Shown here piece by piece: positions 48,042-59,110 of a stretch of DNA of 64,000 bases. Within the stretch, counting starts at the first letter, position 1; each line of letters begins with the position of its first letter. A model generated the notes under the pieces. It ran no database searches. It saw only the letters and a program-made list of their open reading frames with translations, and was not told where the DNA came from. The translations under genes and the position numbers were made by a program. Source of the stretch: Sulfurospirillaceae bacterium (GTDB lineage Bacteria; Campylobacterota; Campylobacteria; Campylobacterales; Sulfurospirillaceae); assembly GCA_033723415.1 (NCBI GenBank), contig JAWVXD010000001.1, forward strand, positions 384,001 through 448,000, in the 5' to 3' direction.

Positions 48042-49322
48042 ATGAAAACATTTCAATCAAGGAATAAGGTACTTGTATCAATGGTGGCCATGTTGTTTGT
48101 GGTCTTGTTTGGTATTATGGCTAGTGGCTGTGGCGGTGGTGGTGATTCTACGACACAGACTGTCGAGGCTCCTGGTATGCCGACGAATTTTACTGTTGTA
48201 GCGACACCGTCTGGTGGAGCATTATCTGCCACGCTGTCCTGGTCGGCACCGACAACAGGCGGTAATGTGACTTCCTATGAGATCTATCGCAGCACTACAG
48301 CCGCTAATATTTTTGATCCGGCAAACCACCTCATCTCCCTACCTGCTACAACCCATGAGTTTATAGATAATGCCGGTCTGGAAAGAGGTGTGACAACCTA
48401 TTGGATCGTCGCCGCCAAAAACGCCGGTGGAGAGACAACTACGCTTCCACAAAGCTATACTCCTCCTGGTGGAGGTGCTGGTGAAGTCGTAACATACGGA
48501 AACAACTTTGCCGCAGCGGTGATATTTGCCGACGGTTACGGTATCGGAGGGCTTCCTATTGATGGGAACTGGACGGAAAACAACCTTTCCCTCATCGATT
48601 ATAACACCAGCCTGAGACCGTCTGTAACAGAAGCGTCGACACTGACAGAATTTCCATACTTCGACGAGAACACGACATTTGTACTAGACGGTGTAACCTA
48701 CTACAAACAAAAGACTGCCAGCACGTGGCAAGGAGAATGGAAAAACGGAGCGGGCACGCCACAGCATGTTACGGCAACATGGGGTGACAACCTAATCAGC
48801 CAGACCCTGAACACACAATCCATCATCAGGATAGAAATGGTGCTTACAGAGACTCTGGACACTAACATGACCTCTTATAAGATGGTTTCACTCTACGGTA
48901 CTAAAGATGTTGAAATATACGGAACAGACAAAACGACCTATGAAACCAACACCTCGTTCGTATTTGCCACCAATGCTCACCTGAGGATAGAAGAAGTAGA
49001 TGCAAACGGTACTGTTGGAGCTACGGTAGTAGACCAGACGCTTTTTGACTCAACCATACCAGACGGTCCTGGTAAATTCGCAGCAGAAATCAATGTGGCC
49101 GGTAATCTGACATATGGATACGTATGGGATCTCAAGCAACATCCTGTCCCAGCGGGAACATATCGGATCACGTTCTTGTTGGATAACACATCAATGCCTA
49201 CAGGTACGTTTAACAATACCTATATCGATAATGTCACAGTGCCAGTTGAAGGAGATCCAACAACATTCCCTGTGCTCGATTCTACAACTTCGACGCATAT
49301 CGATATTACCATCCACCAATAG
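48042..49322 (+). CDS. Fibronectin type III domain surface lipoprotein
   Basis: Lipobox ASGC then GGGG; FN3 pattern PGMPTNF...LSWSAP...YEIYR...YWIVAAKNAGG. Confidence 0.8.
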   Translation: MKTFQSRNKVLVSMVAMLFVVLFGIMASGCGGGGDSTTQTVEAPGMPTNFTVVATPSGGALSATLSWSAPTTGGNVTSYEIYRSTTAANIFDPANHLISLPATTHEFIDNAGLERGVTTYWIVAAKNAGGETTTLPQSYTPPGGGAGEVVTYGNNFAAAVIFADGYGIGGLPIDGNWTENNLSLIDYNTSLRPSVTEASTLTEFPYFDENTTFVLDGVTYYKQKTASTWQGEWKNGAGTPQHVTATWGDNLISQTLNTQSIIRIEMVLTETLDTNMTSYKMVSLYGTKDVEIYGTDKTTYETNTSFVFATNAHLRIEEVDANGTVGATVVDQTLFDSTIPDGPGKFAAEINVAGNLTYGYVWDLKQHPVPAGTYRITFLLDNTSMPTGTFNNTYIDNVTVPVEGDPTTFPVLDSTTSTHIDITIHQ

Positions 49323-49345
49323 TGTTCATATAGGATGATCAATCA

Positions 49346-49374
49346 GCGGAAACGTATAGTATATGCGTTTCCGC
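49346..49374. terminator. Hairpin between convergent genes
   Basis: gcggaaacgtata / tatgcgtttccgc. Confidence 0.6.
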
Positions 49375-49447
49375 CTATTCTTCAGGCTGGAAGAGGCAGC
49401 ATGATACCTTCCCTTTACGAGAAATTATGTAAAAAGGAAAGTATTCT

Positions 49448-50458
49448 TTATATTAACTCAAACTCTTTTGCCAATAACTCGTAAGATTTTACTCTGTCCT
49501 TGAAACTATATGTTACATTGACTATCATGACTTCATCTACATCATATGAGGCAGCAAGTTTTTCTATCTTTTCTCGGCACTCTTTTGCATTTCCAAGGAT
49601 CATATGATTCATCGTTTCATCATAGTATTTTTTGTCTTCAGGAGATAGGTCTTCTATTATTTTGACCAATTCTTGCGGGCTTTTGAAGGCACCTCTTTGG
49701 TATTTTGTAAATGCTTGCAATTTCCAATAAACATGAGAACTGGCTATAAATTCTGCTTCTTCTTTTGAATCTGCGACGATACACGCAACGGCGATGATGA
49801 CCTTGGGCTTGGAAAAAGCAAGTGAAGGGACAAAAGCGCTCTTGTACTCTTTGATAATCGCAGGGGAGCGCTCATGATTTCCTATAAATAAAGCCAATAC
49901 AAAACCGGCACCCAAGATCCCTGCTAATTTGGAGCTTCCTTCGCTTGATCCCAGTAAATAAACAGGTGGCGCTTTAATATTTGCAGGACTCAAGGCAACA
50001 TCGAAATAAGGATGTCTTTTATCTAGATTTTGATTTAAGTAACCTATCAATTCATAAGCTTTCTGTGAATAATCGACTTCTCTATTGCCTTGCAAAGCCC
50101 TAGAGGTTAGAAAATCACTTCCTGGCGCACGACCGATACCTACATCGATTCTACCAGTATGTAAAGCTTCAAGCATATTAAACGTTTCCGCCACTTTAAA
50201 CGGGCTGTAATGATTTAGCATAACACCACCGCTTCCAACTCTCATATTTTTTGTAGCGGTTGCCACTGAATTTATCATGACTTCAGGAGCACAAGAGGCA
50301 TAGCCGTTTGTATTGTGATGCTCCGCTAACCAATATCTATGGTAACCTAGAGTATCACATATCTTGGCTAATTCTATCGTATCTAACAAACCAAATCTGT
50401 CTTCTTTCCCATCATGTATAGGAGATTGATCCAGTACGCTTAGCTTTAATTTGCTCAT
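49448..50458 (-). CDS. Luciferase-like (LLM class) flavin-dependent oxidoreductase
   Basis: LSVLDQSP, RYWLAEHH, GSGGVML.HYSP and GIGRAPG motifs. Confidence 0.92.
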   Translation of the reverse strand: MSKLKLSVLDQSPIHDGKEDRFGLLDTIELAKICDTLGYHRYWLAEHHNTNGYASCAPEVMINSVATATKNMRVGSGGVMLNHYSPFKVAETFNMLEALHTGRIDVGIGRAPGSDFLTSRALQGNREVDYSQKAYELIGYLNQNLDKRHPYFDVALSPANIKAPPVYLLGSSEGSSKLAGILGAGFVLALFIGNHERSPAIIKEYKSAFVPSLAFSKPKVIIAVACIVADSKEEAEFIASSHVYWKLQAFTKYQRGAFKSPQELVKIIEDLSPEDKKYYDETMNHMILGNAKECREKIEKLAASYDVDEVMIVNVTYSFKDRVKSYELLAKEFELI

Positions 50459-50466
50459 GTAAATCC

Positions 50467-50688
50467 TTAAGTGTATCTTCCTGCTTTTTCTAAAAGCTTG
50501 CTTGTGATAATCTTCCCAAGGATCAAAGAGATAGCGATATTAATAACAATCAATGTCATATCTCTATCGTCAAAATAGGAAAAGATGTCGCTTGGTGTAG
50601 TAGATTTATAAAGATGCAGGAAAGAAAAAATATGATCTATACAAAAATACAATGCCCATGTTACGATGTTGTAAATAATAAATTTCAT
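50467..50688 (-). CDS. Small membrane hypothetical protein
   Basis: Two hydrophobic segments; co-oriented with the LLM gene. Confidence 0.5.
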   Translation of the reverse strand: MKFIIYNIVTWALYFCIDHIFSFLHLYKSTTPSDIFSYFDDRDMTLIVINIAISLILGKIITSKLLEKAGRYT

Positions 50689-50776
50689 ATTGACTCTCTG
50701 TTTTCATACAAATCATAATCTGGGAAATGTTTAAAATAACACGACAGAGCGATGATTTTATATCTTTTGAGATTTG

Positions 50777-50812
50777 AAAACAATAACCCCTGAATATAGG
50801 GATTATTGTTTT
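50777..50812 (-). terminator. Terminator hairpin downstream of ribBA
   Basis: aaaacaataa.ccct / aggg.ttattgtttt stem. Confidence 0.55.
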
Positions 50813-50817
50813 AGAGA

Positions 50818-51840
50818 TTATATCTCAATATTCTCAACTATTTTTAAACCAAAACCACTGATTCCTACGAATTCTCGTCCTTTAACCATGGAAATCAATC
50901 TTATATTTTTGATTCCAAGCTTATTTAATATTTGTGCGCCAATACCATACTCTCTGATCTCTTTGCTATATGAATTTTCATCATCTATAAAAACTAACAA
51001 TCCACCATTTTTCTTTAAGTATTCTATCGCATTTAACATACCGTTTAATTTTGGAGCATCCGCAAAAAGCTCATCATCTCTAACTATATTGTGAAATTTT
51101 ACTGCCATAGTCTCTTTTGATTCACCAAATTGGTAAACTGTGTGATGATTTCCTTCATGGTCGACCATATCCACTCTTCTAGCATCTACATCCATGAATT
51201 TTGTCATAGATGAAGCCACTTCTCGAACCAAAGATTCACTTTTCATTCGATACTCTACTATGTCTGATATATAAACCATATGGATGTCATTTTCTTTACA
51301 AAAAATATCTAAATCCGGTCTTCTGGCCATAGTCCCGTCATCTTTCATGATCTCACATATCACAGCTACCTCATGAAGACCTGCAAGTCTGCACAGATCC
51401 ACTGAACCCTCAGTATGACCTGTACGAACTAAAGTACCGCCTTTTCTAGCTATGAGAGGGAAAATGTGTCCAGGTCTCACTAGATCAGTTGGCTTACTCG
51501 TATAATCGGCAAGTACCTTTATAGTCATGTCACGTTCATATGCCGATATTCCGGTAGTACAGTCTTTTGCATCTACTGTCACTGTAAAAGCTGTTTCATG
51601 CTGCGAATTATTATTTACCACCATTGGTGATAATTCTAATTTGTCCGATATTTTTTTAGAAAGTGCAACACAAATCAAGCCTTTTGCACGAGATGCCATA
51701 AAATTTACCATTTGTGGTGTAGAAAAAGTCCCCGCATAAACTAAATCGCCTTCATTCTCTCTATCTTCGTCATCTACCATCAAAACCATTTTACCTTGTT
51801 TGATGTCCTCTATAGCTCTTTTAACTCTGTTTTCCGACAT
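50818..51840 (-). CDS. ribB: DHBP synthase with a degenerate GTP cyclohydrolase II domain (RibB/RibBX)
   Basis: DDEDRENEGD, RPGHIFPL and GHTE motifs; true start is MSENRV at 51840. Confidence 0.92.
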   Translation of the reverse strand: MSENRVKRAIEDIKQGKMVLMVDDEDRENEGDLVYAGTFSTPQMVNFMASRAKGLICVALSKKISDKLELSPMVVNNNSQHETAFTVTVDAKDCTTGISAYERDMTIKVLADYTSKPTDLVRPGHIFPLIARKGGTLVRTGHTEGSVDLCRLAGLHEVAVICEIMKDDGTMARRPDLDIFCKENDIHMVYISDIVEYRMKSESLVREVASSMTKFMDVDARRVDMVDHEGNHHTVYQFGESKETMAVKFHNIVRDDELFADAPKLNGMLNAIEYLKKNGGLLVFIDDENSYSKEIREYGIGAQILNKLGIKNIRLISMVKGREFVGISGFGLKIVENIEI

Positions 51841-51948
51841 TAAAAAAATCCCGCCTATTTTAAATTTTTGAAATTGTACCATAATCCCTTGACAATTCAG
51901 ATAAAATTGATTATAATTCCACCTCACAAATTGAGTGAGGATTACCGT

Positions 51949-52023
51949 TGGGGTGTAGCCAAGCGGTAAGGCAACTGGTTTTGGTCCAGTCATTCAGGGG
52001 TTCGAATCCCTTCACCCCATCCA
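51949..52023 (+). tRNA. tRNA-Gln (TTG)
   Basis: Cloverleaf TGGGGTG...CACCCCA-T-CCA; anticodon arm actgg-tt-TTG-gt-ccagt. Confidence 0.96.
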
Positions 52024-52036
52024 TATCTTTCAATGT

Positions 52037-52113
<77 letters not shown>

Positions 52114-52180
52114 ATTTTACAACTAATTGATATAAATCACCCTTCTTTCAACTATAAATCTAATTTTTTTGAATAAATAA

Positions 52181-53104
52181 TTAAAATATTGACAAGCCCG
52201 TTTTCGTCGTAAATAATTCTAAGGCTTTTGTTCCTGCTAAAGAATTTCCTTTAGCATTGAGTCTTGGTGACCACACGCATATAGACATCAGATTTGGAAC
52301 AATTGCTACTATCCCACCGCCTACTCCGCTTTTTCCTGGAAGTCCAACCCTAAATGCAAAGTCGCCTGAAGCATCATAATGTCCACAAGTAAGCATTAAA
52401 GAATTTAATCTTTTTGCCTGTGATGAGGTAATATACTTTTTATGTGTGATAGGATCCACACCATGATTTGAGAGAAAAAGCATCGCCCTACTCAATTCGT
52501 TTGTATTCATAGAGATGGAACATTGTTTAAAATAGACTTCCATCACTTTTTCTATCTCATTTTCTATATTGCCAAAACTTTTCATCATGTTGATCAAAGA
52601 AAGATTCCGATATCCGTACTCTGCCTCGGAATCAGCAACTTCTATATCATACATAATTGTTTTATTGTCACTCACATCTCGTATAAATTCCATAATAGTT
52701 AAGAAAGTATTGTCTTTATACTTACTGTTGAGCATATCTGTAACTACGATAGCACCGGCATTGATAAATGGATTTCTTGGAATCCCTTTTTCGTATTCAA
52801 GTTGAACAAGAGAATTAAATGGATTACCTGAAGGTTCGATTCCGACTCTTTTGTGAAGTGTTTTTTCATATAAGCCCAGTGCTAGAGTAAACGTAAAAAC
52901 TTTGGAGATACTTTGAATTGAAAATTTTGTATCAACCCCGCCTACACCATAGGTCGTTCCGTCAAAAAGCTGCAAGCTCATGGCAAACTGGTTTGGGTTA
53001 ACACGCCCCAAAGCCGGTATATAATCAGCAACATTGCCATCATGCAAAAACGGCTTAATCTCCTCTTCTATCTCTTTCAAAACCAATCGATAATCCATGT
53101 CCAA
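52181..53104 (-). CDS. glsA: Glutaminase
   Basis: VADYIPAL, SIQSISK, NPFINAGA and PGKSGVGGG motifs. Confidence 0.95.
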   Translation of the reverse strand: MDMDYRLVLKEIEEEIKPFLHDGNVADYIPALGRVNPNQFAMSLQLFDGTTYGVGGVDTKFSIQSISKVFTFTLALGLYEKTLHKRVGIEPSGNPFNSLVQLEYEKGIPRNPFINAGAIVVTDMLNSKYKDNTFLTIMEFIRDVSDNKTIMYDIEVADSEAEYGYRNLSLINMMKSFGNIENEIEKVMEVYFKQCSISMNTNELSRAMLFLSNHGVDPITHKKYITSSQAKRLNSLMLTCGHYDASGDFAFRVGLPGKSGVGGGIVAIVPNLMSICVWSPRLNAKGNSLAGTKALELFTTKTGLSIF

Positions 53105-53247
53105 CCTCTATAAAAATATTTAATAATTGTATCGTAATATTGGAAATTTCAAATAGTAAAAAATAAAATACCGTTTCTATCAAAAAATTATCACTCTTAC
53201 AAACTTTTTTGAGAAAACTGAATGTTTTTTATGATACAATCTAATAC

Positions 53248-55521
53248 ATGAAAAGAAATATAGTCGTTTTACTTTTATTTGTACTTAATTTATATTCAAA
53301 TGACCACCTTATAAAGCTTAGTGTTCAACTTGACTGGAAATACCAGTTCCAGCATGCCGGACTTATCATGGCAAAAGAAAAAGGGTATTACAAAGATGTA
53401 GGTCTAGATGTTGATCTCAGAGAGTATAAAAAGGGCATAGATATTGCTCAAGATGTCTTAAGCGGCAAGGCTGACTTTGGACTTTCAAATACATCACTGA
53501 TATACGGCAATGATGGAAAACTACAGCCAACTGTTCTTCTGGCAACATATTTGCAAAAATCACCACTGGTATTTGTCACTCAGCCAAATATAACAAATCC
53601 TTCTATGCTAAACGGTAAAAAGATCATGATAACTAACTATGAAGCAAGAAACAGTTCTCTATCCTTGCTTTTGGATTATTTTTCTGTGGATTATACATTT
53701 GTTCCGCACTCATATACTATTTCTGCCTTTAAGAACAAGAAAGTTGACGCGCTCAGTGCATTTACGTCAAATGAGCTTTATGAATTAAATAAAGAAAAAA
53801 TACCATATAACATTATAGATCCAGCAGATTATGGGTTTGTCACAAATGCTATGAACTTATTTAGTTCATATAAATTTGCAAAAGAAAATCCAAACACAAT
53901 AAAAAAATTTTTATCTGCCACAAAAAAAGGCTGGGAATATTCACTGGAGCATATGAACAAAACTGTTGAAATAATTCATAGAAAATATCGACCTGATTCT
54001 GACGTACAAAAACTGCTCTATGAAGCAAAAGTAATAAAAAAGCTCATGCTCTTAGATTTTTTTAATTTGGGCGAGACGAATAAAGACCTTATGTACAGGG
54101 TATATAAACAACTTGTAAAAAGTGGAAAATTAAGATCAGGGCAATCTTCACATATCTTGACTTTTACTGATATTTTAAATGAAATCAAGAATCAACCGAT
54201 TTCATTTAATAAAAAAGAAAAAGCATTTTTGACAAAAAAAGGAAAAATAAAAGTTTGTGGAAACCCCGATATGATGCCATTTGAAGGTATAATAAATGGA
54301 AAGCATGTCGGTATCATTGGTGATATAGTAAAACTTATAAAGCAAAAAACAAATCTAAATATAATACTCTATCCCACAAAAAGCTGGGGTGAATGCATAA
54401 AGGCAATAAAAGATAAAAAATGTGACTTTGCTGCATCTATAACAAAAACTCCAAAAAGAAGTAAATACATAAACTTTACTGAAGATTATCTACACTTTCC
54501 TATTGTAATTGCAACCAAAAACGATAAACCATTTGTAGACGATATAAGCAAGATAAGAGATAAGAAGCTTGGTGTAAACAAAAATTTTGCGATCATAGAG
54601 ATACTTAAATTAAAAAATAACAACAATATCAATCTCGTAGAAGTCAACAGTACGATGGCGGGCTTGAAAAAAGTTGAAAATGGAGAGTTATACGGATATA
54701 TCAATGATTTGACTACAGTTGCTCCACTGATACAAAAACACTTTTCCGGGACTCTTAAAATTTCCGGTAGATTGCAGGAAAATGATGATATAAGCATAGG
54801 CGTCAGAAATGACGAACCGATACTTAGAGATATATTTCAAAAGATTATAATGCACATCACTCCAGCAGAAAAACAGGAGATTTTCAACAAGTGGATATCT
54901 GTCAAACAAGTTGTTGGCATAGATTACAAATTTATCTGGGAAATAGTCGGCCTATTTATATTTATATTTGCCATTCTTTTAGCTTACTTGCTTCAACTTA
55001 GAAAATATAACAAGAACTTAAAAAATCTCTCTAGAATTGATGCACTAACACAAATTGCGAATAGACTCAAAATAGACGAAATACTAAGAGAACAGCAACA
55101 ATTGGTAGATCGATATGACCTTGAGTGTTCTTTGGCTATTTTTGATATTGATGATTTTAAAATGATCAACGATACATATGGACATCTAGCGGGAGATCAA
55201 ATTCTAAAAGAAATCTCAAACCTAATAGGCTCTTCCATTAGAAAAACAGATCTTTTAGGAAGATGGGGCGGTGAAGAATTTATGCTAATATGCCCAAATA
55301 CAAATCTAGAAAATCTAGAAGTACTAGTACACAAGATAAAAGAGAATATTAACAAAACTATATTTTTTCAAGATTCCAGTATCACTGTCAGTATAGGAAT
55401 TGGATATCTAGCAAAAAATAAAAGCATAGATTACTCTTTAAATCTAACCGATAATGCACTCTATAAAGCCAAAAACAACGGTAAGAATAGAGTAGAACAT
55501 ATAGATGTAAATAAAAAATAA
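53248..55521 (+). CDS. Diguanylate cyclase with NMT1/THI5 and SBP family-3 periplasmic sensor domains
   Basis: [14 protein letters not shown]1 domain, PBPb domain, TM, then DIDDFK.INDTYGH and RWGGEEF. Confidence 0.9.
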   Translation: MKRNIVVLLLFVLNLYSNDHLIKLSVQLDWKYQFQHAGLIMAKEKGYYKDVGLDVDLREYKKGIDIAQDVLSGKADFGLSNTSLIYGNDGKLQPTVLLATYLQKSPLVFVTQPNITNPSMLNGKKIMITNYEARNSSLSLLLDYFSVDYTFVPHSYTISAFKNKKVDALSAFTSNELYELNKEKIPYNIIDPADYGFVTNAMNLFSSYKFAKENPNTIKKFLSATKKGWEYSLEHMNKTVEIIHRKYRPDSDVQKLLYEAKVIKKLMLLDFFNLGETNKDLMYRVYKQLVKSGKLRSGQSSHILTFTDILNEIKNQPISFNKKEKAFLTKKGKIKVCGNPDMMPFEGIINGKHVGIIGDIVKLIKQKTNLNIILYPTKSWGECIKAIKDKKCDFAASITKTPKRSKYINFTEDYLHFPIVIATKNDKPFVDDISKIRDKKLGVNKNFAIIEILKLKNNNNINLVEVNSTMAGLKKVENGELYGYINDLTTVAPLIQKHFSGTLKISGRLQENDDISIGVRNDEPILRDIFQKIIMHITPAEKQEIFNKWISVKQVVGIDYKFIWEIVGLFIFIFAILLAYLLQLRKYNKNLKNLSRIDALTQIANRLKIDEILREQQQLVDRYDLECSLAIFDIDDFKMINDTYGHLAGDQILKEISNLIGSSIRKTDLLGRWGGEEFMLICPNTNLENLEVLVHKIKENINKTIFFQDSSITVSIGIGYLAKNKSIDYSLNLTDNALYKAKNNGKNRVEHIDVNKK

Positions 55522-55565
55522 ATATGATTTTTGATATAATCCAGAAAATTTTTAAAAGGAAGAAA

Positions 55566-56057
55566 ATGAGTTTAAAAAAATATGACTATTCAAAAGAAGA
55601 ATTAGCAAAATTTCAATATGCGATCATCAAAACAAAAAATGGCGAAATGAAAATAAAATTATATCCGGAAGAAGCACCAAATACTGTAGCAAATTTTGCA
55701 ACACTGATAAATGATGGTTTTTATAATGGTTTGAATTTTCATAGAGTAATTCCAGGTTTTGTCGCACAAGGCGGTTGTCCTCATGGAACAGGTACCGGAG
55801 GACCGGGTTGGCAAATAGAATGCGAATGTGATCAAAATACAAGTAAACATGAAAAAGGTAAACTCTCTATGGCACATGCAGGACCAAATACAGGAGGAAG
55901 TCAATTTTTTATATGCTATGATAACCTACCTCATTTAGATGGTGTGCATACAGTATTTGGAGGAATTGAAAGAGATGATGAAGAGAGTATGAAAGTGTTA
56001 GACAGTATACGACAGGGCGATGAAATAATAAGTGCTGAAATAAAAGAAAGTTTATAA
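55566..56057 (+). CDS. Cyclophilin-type peptidyl-prolyl isomerase
   Basis: [19 protein letters not shown] and GSQFFI; ATG at 55566 after AAGGA. Confidence 0.94.
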   Translation: MSLKKYDYSKEELAKFQYAIIKTKNGEMKIKLYPEEAPNTVANFATLINDGFYNGLNFHRVIPGFVAQGGCPHGTGTGGPGWQIECECDQNTSKHEKGKLSMAHAGPNTGGSQFFICYDNLPHLDGVHTVFGGIERDDEESMKVLDSIRQGDEIISAEIKESL

Positions 56058-56080
56058 TTCTTAAAGATAAAAAAGAGTGA

Positions 56081-56647
56081 CTAGATCACTCTTTTTTTAG
56101 TTGCTACCTTTAAATAAAACCATAAAACCCCAACTAATACAACCAATATAAGAGGTGCAATCCAAGGATGTGATGATATATATGTACTTACTTTTATAAG
56201 TGTCTCTCCAGCCTTATAGCTGGCAATTCCTACTATCAAACTCCATAGTAAAGCAGAAATTGCATTTAATACATTGAATTTGAATGCAGAATACTTTGTA
56301 AATCCTATAACAATTGGGATAAGAGTCTTAATACCATATATAAATTTTTGAATAAATATGATCTTATCACCGTATTTTTTCATAAGAACATGACTCAGTG
56401 CCAATTTTCTTCTATGCTTTTTCAGATACGGCATCATTTGCGATTTATTGTATCTGCTCATATAAAAAAGTATTGAATCACCTAGCGTATTTGCGATAAA
56501 TGCAACCAAGATGGAGGTAGTTAAATCCATATGACCGCTATATGATAAAACTCCCGCAGCTATCAAAGCAACCATTCCCCCACCCAGTGAATATAAAAAT
56601 AAAATTATATAACCATACGTTGATAATGAATTTAATATATCTTGCAA
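56081..56647 (-). CDS. DedA family membrane protein
   Basis: TYGYIILFLYSLGGG; GDSILFY. Confidence 0.88.
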   Translation of the reverse strand: MQDILNSLSTYGYIILFLYSLGGGMVALIAAGVLSYSGHMDLTTSILVAFIANTLGDSILFYMSRYNKSQMMPYLKKHRRKLALSHVLMKKYGDKIIFIQKFIYGIKTLIPIVIGFTKYSAFKFNVLNAISALLWSLIVGIASYKAGETLIKVSTYISSHPWIAPLILVVLVGVLWFYLKVATKKRVI

Positions 56648-56656
56648 TTTGTTCCT

Positions 56657-57313
56657 TTATATCTCGTCTAATGCTTTACGAAATTCTTTTATGGCAAAAG
56701 TGTCTTCTCTTGTAGGCATACTTACTATGTCTTTTGCACCAAATCCATTGCCATAGTACTCAACATCTTTATTTTTTTCGTGGCTTACAACAGCACCTTT
56801 GAGCGATACTCCAACAAATAATCCTTTAGCTTTTCTATATGAAAATATCTCTGCACTTAGGTTGATCTTACTGTTTCTCTCAAATGATTTACTAAGAGGT
56901 CCAGCAGAAATTGATGCATCTACACCCATAGTCATGCTATTTTCTAAAAGAGAATCCGCGCTTTTTTGAGTATTGAAGATAAGTAGTATGGAATTCATTT
57001 CAAATCCGAACTGCCATCCAAAACTGCCGCCTTCAAGCTTTACGAAAAATGGGTTGCTCCAATTTCCGTCATTTTTTTTGATCGCAGCTACCCCACTACC
57101 AAATTCACCGCCCAAAAAGAATCCTATTTTCTTTGTACTAGGAAATATTACGACTGCTCTAGCCTTTGAAAGTACAAAAGGTGGAATTTTATTGTTTGTT
57201 CTAACCATATCTTTTATGATATTTGCCGAATCTAAGAGCTCTTCTTGAGGTCCCGCAAAAGAAACTGTTGCAAGAATTAAACTAACTGCAAAAATTAATA
57301 TTGACTTTTTCAT
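56657..57313 (-). CDS. SYLF/Ysc84 lipid-binding protein
   Basis: K.GF.LGG..GSG, GGSFGWQFG and KGLFVGVSL.G motifs. Confidence 0.88.
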   Translation of the reverse strand: MKKSILIFAVSLILATVSFAGPQEELLDSANIIKDMVRTNNKIPPFVLSKARAVVIFPSTKKIGFFLGGEFGSGVAAIKKNDGNWSNPFFVKLEGGSFGWQFGFEMNSILLIFNTQKSADSLLENSMTMGVDASISAGPLSKSFERNSKINLSAEIFSYRKAKGLFVGVSLKGAVVSHEKNKDVEYYGNGFGAKDIVSMPTREDTFAIKEFRKALDEI

Positions 57314-57314
57314 T

Positions 57315-59078
57315 TTATGCTCCTTTCGTATATCCGTAAAATACTCCTTCTAAGCTCATAAGCTTATCATGAGTTCCCTCTTCTTCTATTAGTCCATTGT
57401 CCAACACATATATATAATCTGCCTTTCTAATGGTGCTCAATCTATGTGCAATAATAATAGTAGTTTTATCTTTCAAAAATTCACTTAAATTTTCAAACAA
57501 TCTACTCTCGGTATGAACATCAAGAGCAGATGTAGATTCATCTAAAATCACAATATTGGAGTTTTGTATGATCATTCGAGCGATAGATAATCTCTGTCTT
57601 TGTCCACCGGATAATTTAATACCGTTTCTTCCTACTCTTGTGTCAAGTCCTTCTTCAAGTCCTTCAATAAAACCTTTCAATTGTGCAATATCTAACGCAT
57701 TATACAGCAAATCATCGCTGACATCTACTCCAAAAGTAAGATTTTCTCTAATTGTATCGTTAAACAATTGTGGATTTTGAAGTACAAGATAAACATGCTC
57801 CCGAACTACATCTAATCCTATCTCTCTGATTGAGTGATCATCATAAAGAATATCACCATTTTCAAAAGCATAAAGACCTACCAATAAATTTGCCAAAGTT
57901 GTCTTACCGCTTCCACTTGCTCCGACTATGGCTACTTTTGTACCTTTTTTTATCTCAAGATTGATATTTTTCAAAACATTTTTAGAATTACCGTAGGAAA
58001 AACTCAGATCTTTGACTTCTATTTTATTTGTATTATTTTCTTCAAAAGGATTGTATTTATGCACATACTTCGGCTCACATTTTAAGGCAAATATAGAATT
58101 TATTCTCTCTAATGCCTTTTTTGCATTTTGATATGTATATTGAATGCTTAAGATATCTTGTATTGGTGTCATCATCACCCAAAGATAACCAAATATACCA
58201 AACATAAGTCCGATACTAAGATTTGAATACGCAACAACCAAGATACTTGTAGCTCTAAACACTTCAAACCCGGACAAGAAAATCAGAAAAGAGAGTCTAT
58301 TTGCACCATCACTCTTATATGTAAATTCTATAGATTTTTCTTTTATCTCTCTGGCATTTTCAATCACTCTTGAGAAAAAGTTTTTATCTTGATTGGCTGC
58401 TCTTATTTGTACAAAAAGCTCCAACGTTTCACTTAAAGCTTCTTGAAAAACCTCAAAAGAAAGATTTTGATTTTTTTTAAGTATAGATACTCTTTTAGCT
58501 ATCTTTGTTGTAAATACAACAACTACAGGATTCAATATCAAGATAAAAAGTGCTAATTGCCAATATATCATCAACAATACTATAGCTACCCCTATCATAG
58601 TAAGTATAGATATGATCAATCTACTTACAAATATTCCAAGAAAATTTTCAATAGTCTCTATATCAACTACCATCAAAGAGGCACTTTTGCCAGAACCAAA
58701 ATATTCAAGTTCATTGATTGCAACTTTACTTAAGTGATTCAACAAGTCTTTTCTTATCTTAAAAGATATATTTTTTGATACGATAGTAAAAAGTTTTGTT
58801 TGAAAGAAATTGAATACGAAGAATAAAGCACGTAAAATAATAACAAGAAGAAGCATCAGTAACACATATGTATATGCTTGTGAAGGATGACCTAAGATTT
58901 TGTCAATTGTATGTACTACGACACCTGGTTTGTGCAATAAGACTTCATCAACCAAGACAGGCATGATAAGTGGCGTAGGAGTACTGACAACAACGGCTAA
59001 AAGAGCTAGTAGATTTGCATAAACCAGCTCTTTTTTATATTTTTTAGCCTCGGTTAAAAATATTTTAAAACTATACAT
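57315..59078 (-). CDS. ABC exporter, fused permease/ATPase
   Basis: TMD followed by GASGSGKT, LSGGQRQR and DESTSALD. Confidence 0.93.
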   Translation of the reverse strand: MYSFKIFLTEAKKYKKELVYANLLALLAVVVSTPTPLIMPVLVDEVLLHKPGVVVHTIDKILGHPSQAYTYVLLMLLLVIILRALFFVFNFFQTKLFTIVSKNISFKIRKDLLNHLSKVAINELEYFGSGKSASLMVVDIETIENFLGIFVSRLIISILTMIGVAIVLLMIYWQLALFILILNPVVVVFTTKIAKRVSILKKNQNLSFEVFQEALSETLELFVQIRAANQDKNFFSRVIENAREIKEKSIEFTYKSDGANRLSFLIFLSGFEVFRATSILVVAYSNLSIGLMFGIFGYLWVMMTPIQDILSIQYTYQNAKKALERINSIFALKCEPKYVHKYNPFEENNTNKIEVKDLSFSYGNSKNVLKNINLEIKKGTKVAIVGASGSGKTTLANLLVGLYAFENGDILYDDHSIREIGLDVVREHVYLVLQNPQLFNDTIRENLTFGVDVSDDLLYNALDIAQLKGFIEGLEEGLDTRVGRNGIKLSGGQRQRLSIARMIIQNSNIVILDESTSALDVHTESRLFENLSEFLKDKTTIIIAHRLSTIRKADYIYVLDNGLIEEEGTHDKLMSLEGVFYGYTKGA

Positions 59079-59110
59079 TTATCTTTTACTGTAAAGAAAA
59101 GAGAAAATCG

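Noticed and set aside
51841..51993. N-terminal extension of the ribB ORF in the track
   Set aside because: Overlaps tRNA-Gln antisense and its promoter; the real start is at 51840
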